In this document: positions 60,296 to 64,000 of the stretch, in pieces
Layout: each line of letters begins with the position of its first letter
Numbering within the stretch: position 1 is the first letter of the stretch
Assembly: GCA_050014195.1 (NCBI GenBank)
Contig: JBEKDT010000013.1
Span: 1 to 64,000, forward strand
DNA: 64,000 nt
From: Desulfomonilia bacterium
GTDB lineage: Bacteria > Desulfobacterota > Desulfomonilia > UBA1062
Reading direction: 5' to 3'
The notes under the pieces: generated by a model
What the model was told of the DNA's origin: nothing
What the model saw: only the letters and a program-made list of their open reading frames with translations
The model's database searches: none
Position numbers and translations under genes: made by a program

Positions 60296-61309
60296 TTAAC
60301 ATTGGTCCTTTAAAAACTTTACTTGAAGTCCTCTGGCTATAATGTAGAATTGAATCAGATTCGGAGAAAATCCCGGCTGGCGGACCTTGAGAAATAACAT
60401 GAGGTTAAGGGTTTTCAGTACCCCACCTTTTTGAAGGGTATCAATAAAACTGTTCAGGTAGGGCGGGACATCACAGGAAAGGTCTATCAGGCGCTGTTTC
60501 AGTGCCTTTGCCTGATGATGGAGTTGCACCAGTATTCTTACAATCCAGTCAGTGTTCAATTGGATTCTTCTGGAAGCTTTTATAATTGTTTGAATAATCC
60601 CTTCTATATTTAAAATGAAAAGGGGGCGCGCCCTTCCCGTGACATTGTTTTCGTGCTGCCTGTAGAGGACTGTGGCTTCGGGTATGAATAGAATCTTCCC
60701 AATGCTTGCTGCAATCATGGCAATCCAGCCGTCATGGTTCATTAGGACATCAGGGAAGGGGAGGCTTTTCTTTATTAAAAGCCTGTTGCAGAGCATCGTA
60801 CAGCCTGAAACATAATTCTGTACCAACAGGGTCTTCAGGGGGTCGATATCACTATGTTTCCAACGCTTTACTATCATGTGGGAAGGGGCAATAACATGGT
60901 TCTCTTCATCAATGAGGCTAAGGTCGCTATGGACCAGCAAGGGAATATCCGGGCCGTACTTCTCCTCAGCCATTCTCATTCTCCGGCAACACGCCTCGAG
61001 CTTATCATGGAGCCAGATGTCGTCCTGGTCGGAAAATGCTACATAATCACCAGTGCAGAGGCTTGCTGCCTGTGAGAAATTTTTTATGAGGCCAAGTGTT
61101 TTCTCATTCCGGAAGATTCTCACCGGGAATGGCGCCGTTTTCGAGAATTCTTCCAATATATCAACTGTCGAGTCAGAAGAGGCATCGTCACAAGCAACCA
61201 GCTCATAGGGAGGCAATGTCTGCCTCACATAGCTTTCCAGCTGTTCTTTTAAATATCTTTCACCCTTATAGGTGGCTAGTGCAATGGATATCCTCGGATG
61301 TATGCTCAT
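60296..61309 (-). CDS. GT2 glycosyltransferase (rhamnosyltransferase-like)
   Basis: LATYKGERYLKEQLES, DDASSD, FSDQDDIW, VSGCTM, HDGWI, LYRQHENN. Confidence 0.9.
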   Translation of the reverse strand: MSIHPRISIALATYKGERYLKEQLESYVRQTLPPYELVACDDASSDSTVDILEEFSKTAPFPVRIFRNEKTLGLIKNFSQAASLCTGDYVAFSDQDDIWLHDKLEACCRRMRMAEEKYGPDIPLLVHSDLSLIDEENHVIAPSHMIVKRWKHSDIDPLKTLLVQNYVSGCTMLCNRLLIKKSLPFPDVLMNHDGWIAMIAASIGKILFIPEATVLYRQHENNVTGRARPLFILNIEGIIQTIIKASRRIQLNTDWIVRILVQLHHQAKALKQRLIDLSCDVPPYLNSFIDTLQKGGVLKTLNLMLFLKVRQPGFSPNLIQFYIIARGLQVKFLKDQC

Positions 61310-61361
61310 AGTTATTTCGTTTACATTCTTTTCAATACATTACTCAACTCATATTAATAGG

Positions 61362-62720
61362 TTATCTTGATCGATCGCCGTAGAATCTGGCTATATAGAG
61401 CATGTCACACAAAACATGCAGTACATAAGCTGCTGCCATTGCCAGGCTCAAGCCGATAGCTCCATAAAGCGGTACCAGAAAATACGATGCCGTGATTGAT
61501 GTTATTGCCCAGACCGCGGCTGTCGCAACCAAGAACCACATTTTCCCTATACTAAGTATGGCAACCCCGACAAAATTATCGATCACAATAATGACAGCAG
61601 AAAAAGACATGAACATCAATACGTACTTGCCGGACAAAAACCCAGCTCCATAAATCTTCATGATAAAGGGCGATGCCACCGCTATCGCTATTGCAACCCC
61701 CAGGGCGCTTATTCCAATCAATATAATACTATACCAGAATGTTTTCAGATATTGAATGCGCTGTTTTGTGCCATGGAAGTCCGAGAGCATAGGCAGGGCA
61801 ATTGCATTCAGGCATTGCGGAATGAAAAATATCACCTTTTGCCAGGAACCTGCAACGCCGAAGATTCCCATTTCCGCATACCCTTTTGGTATATTGACAA
61901 GCATTGCCATGCAGGCCCAGTTTGCCGGGGTGAACATAACACCTCCCAGCACAGCCGGCAGACTGAATTCAAGCAGGATGTACAGCTCCTTGGTGCAGCC
62001 GGTAAAGCGAATGGGCACACCAGCTTCCCGCGCCGCCTTATGGATCTCTATATTGCTGATGATACAGCCCACGGCCCCGGAAATGACATATCCTACAACT
62101 GCCCCGGGCAAGCCGAAAAAATAGACCCCTCCGACAAGGAGGGGGAACAAGAGCACTCCGTTCAGGATAGTTATCCAAGCGATGGTTCGAAATGCCTCAA
62201 GGCCTGCAAGGGTACCCATCTGGACGCTGCTGAAGGCACCGAAAAATATAATACCGGCTCCAATGCGCATGAGGTTTGCAAGGTGCGGGGCGGCAAGTGT
62301 CCTTTCAGCAAGCCAGGGTGCAGCAGGGATAAGGGCACCAATCATCAGGACCGCTGATCCTGCTGCCAGCAGATAGAAAAGTGCAATGATTCGCCCTGCC
62401 TTGGCCGGGTCATTTTTTCGGAATTCCGCTACATGTTTAATCGACGTCATTCCAATGCCGAAGAAAGCGAACATGTTGAACAGGCCGACAGTGCTTATGA
62501 CCATACCGTACTCGCCGAGAAGCTCTTTGCCGAGCAACCGCGCCACAAAGATCGATGAGATCATGGTAAGGGCCTGGGGTATCCCGGTGCCGATCATGGA
62601 CCAGAATGCCCCATGGGCGATTCGATATCCGACCGGGGAGGTGCTCCTGTTGTCCCAGTAGTACCGCAGGGGGGCAGGCATAAGTTTATCTGCTATTTTA
62701 CCAAAATCCAATTTCTTCAT
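61362..62720 (-). CDS. wzx: Oligosaccharide flippase (Wzx/MOP family)
   Basis: About 12 TM helices, VARLLGKELLGEYG, LVPLYGAIG. Confidence 0.85.
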   Translation of the reverse strand: MKKLDFGKIADKLMPAPLRYYWDNRSTSPVGYRIAHGAFWSMIGTGIPQALTMISSIFVARLLGKELLGEYGMVISTVGLFNMFAFFGIGMTSIKHVAEFRKNDPAKAGRIIALFYLLAAGSAVLMIGALIPAAPWLAERTLAAPHLANLMRIGAGIIFFGAFSSVQMGTLAGLEAFRTIAWITILNGVLLFPLLVGGVYFFGLPGAVVGYVISGAVGCIISNIEIHKAAREAGVPIRFTGCTKELYILLEFSLPAVLGGVMFTPANWACMAMLVNIPKGYAEMGIFGVAGSWQKVIFFIPQCLNAIALPMLSDFHGTKQRIQYLKTFWYSIILIGISALGVAIAIAVASPFIMKIYGAGFLSGKYVLMFMSFSAVIIVIDNFVGVAILSIGKMWFLVATAAVWAITSITASYFLVPLYGAIGLSLAMAAAYVLHVLCDMLYIARFYGDRSR

Positions 62721-62799
62721 TGGGTCGCTAGTAAAACTTAGAAGTTGATACCATACTCAGTTTGTGGGATTGGAGAGATGATGCCTGCTCGACCGGTTA

Positions 62800-63663
62800 T
62801 TATTGATTGAAATGAGATGTCCTGCCTGTTAAACCGTCAAAGACACCACGAAGGGCAAAGGTAGCTATATATACTCCACGGATCACATGTATACCCGCAT
62901 AATGTATCAGGATATGTGCCATGACCATAGGCATGTATCTCAGATTATATTTTTTTGAAAGCAGCACCAGATTCCTGCTTGCATAGTACCACAATGCTTT
63001 GCCTGGTATACTTGGCACGATATAGTGGGTTACCAGCTTGTCGGAAAAGGTGCAGAGCCGGTAGTTTGTTTTTTTTCTTACCCTGAGCCCGAACTCAATA
63101 TCCTCATGATACATGATATAGTTCTCATCGAAAGATCCTATCCTGTCGAACACATCCTTCCTGTAGAAAGCCGCGGTGCCTGCTATAAACTCAACTGTGC
63201 GCACCCCTTGGAAGTCATCATGAAGGTTGTGTGGCACCCCACGCACATAGCGTCCACCGGTGAACCAGTTTTTTCCGGATTGATCCACCACAATACAGGT
63301 GACCCCGCCGATGGAGCTGTCTGAGTCCAGGATCTCCACATTCCTCTGGACGAACGTGCTCTCCACCCCGGTGTCGCTGTTGAGGAAGCATAGATATTCT
63401 CCTTTTGCCAATTTTATCCCCCTGTTGCAGGTCTTCACAAAGCGCAGGTTAACCTCATTGTGAACCAGTTTCATGTAGGGTCTATCCTTGATATATTCCT
63501 GCACAAATGAGATCGTTTCCTTGTCCGGTGTACAGTCGTCTATGATAATGACCTCAAAGTCTTTGTAGGTCTGGTTATCTAATGTGGGGAAGAGCCTCTG
63601 CAGGCATTCCTTCTGATTGTAGTGTGGGATTATGATGCTGACCTTGACCTTCTTATCTCCCAT
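62800..63663 (-). CDS. GT2 glycosyltransferase
   Basis: VSIIIPHYN, IIDDCT, FLNSD, GSFDENYIMYHEDIEFGLR. Confidence 0.9.
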   Translation of the reverse strand: MGDKKVKVSIIIPHYNQKECLQRLFPTLDNQTYKDFEVIIIDDCTPDKETISFVQEYIKDRPYMKLVHNEVNLRFVKTCNRGIKLAKGEYLCFLNSDTGVESTFVQRNVEILDSDSSIGGVTCIVVDQSGKNWFTGGRYVRGVPHNLHDDFQGVRTVEFIAGTAAFYRKDVFDRIGSFDENYIMYHEDIEFGLRVRKKTNYRLCTFSDKLVTHYIVPSIPGKALWYYASRNLVLLSKKYNLRYMPMVMAHILIHYAGIHVIRGVYIATFALRGVFDGLTGRTSHFNQ

Positions 63664-63725
63664 TCCTGCCTCCGATTATGGCGTATATTAATATTGAGAT
63701 AGGGGCATAATGTTGGCTAAGTATA

Positions 63726-64000
63726 TTAAACCTTGAGCGCTCCGATACCGTCCATATACCGTTTCAGCCCATCCTGCCAATCGGGCATGAGGTCTTTGCC
63801 CAGGGCCTTCAACCCAGCGTTCTCGAGGACCGAGTACTTTGGCCTTGGTACCTTCATCGGAAACTCATCCGGACCTGCGATCGACAGCTTTATCTGAATA
63901 CCCGACAGTTCGAAGATCTTAGCTGCGAACCTGTACCACGAGCAGCTCCCCTGCGCTGTAGCGTGATAGAGGCCGTATGTGTCCATATCGGTCATGGCAA
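63726..64000 (-). CDS. rfbD: dTDP-4-dehydrorhamnose reductase, C-terminal part (5' end outside window)
   Basis: YGLYHAT..G.CSWY.FA, PRPKYSVL, PDWQDGL. Confidence 0.85.
   Translation of the reverse strand, partial: AMTDMDTYGLYHATAQGSCSWYRFAAKIFELSGIQIKLSIAGPDEFPMKVPRPKYSVLENAGLKALGKDLMPDWQDGLKRYMDGIGALKV

Noticed and set aside
1-64000. Selenoprotein genes (UGA readthrough) near selC
   Set aside because: I found no gene interrupted by an in-frame TGA at a Cys-equivalent position, and no selA/selB/selD in the window; a SECIS search was not possible by eye.

Overview
Bacterial chromosomal window, probably from an anaerobic Desulfobacterota ('deltaproteobacterial') lineage. This is inferred from gene order (rnc-radical SAM-era-der; PTS IID-HPr-EI-smpB), HDOD/CheD signalling and a tRNA-Sec. 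About 5-26.5 kb is housekeeping: selC, tonB-like, surE, rnc, two hybrid kinases, era, der, trpB2, tldD, sppA, smpB, PTS genes, nth. About 26.8-47.4 kb is an accessory envelope region. It holds a BPI/TULIP-like lipoprotein + LolA-like + OM-barrel module and a 7xPAS-LuxR sensor. It also holds the most interesting locus: a six-gene Fil/Fap-like operon with a sigma54/IHF promoter (three DUF6160-like secreted subunits, a C39 peptidase, a FapF/FilC-like barrel, a FadL/FilD-like barrel), bracketed by two inverted REP/MITE-like repeats. About 47.5-64 kb is a surface-glycan cluster: GT-C/TPR protein, two acyltransferases, five methyltransferases, an RgpF-ribofuranosyltransferase-like fusion, GT2s, Wzx and rmlD. 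All calls come from motif recognition by eye; no database searches were run.
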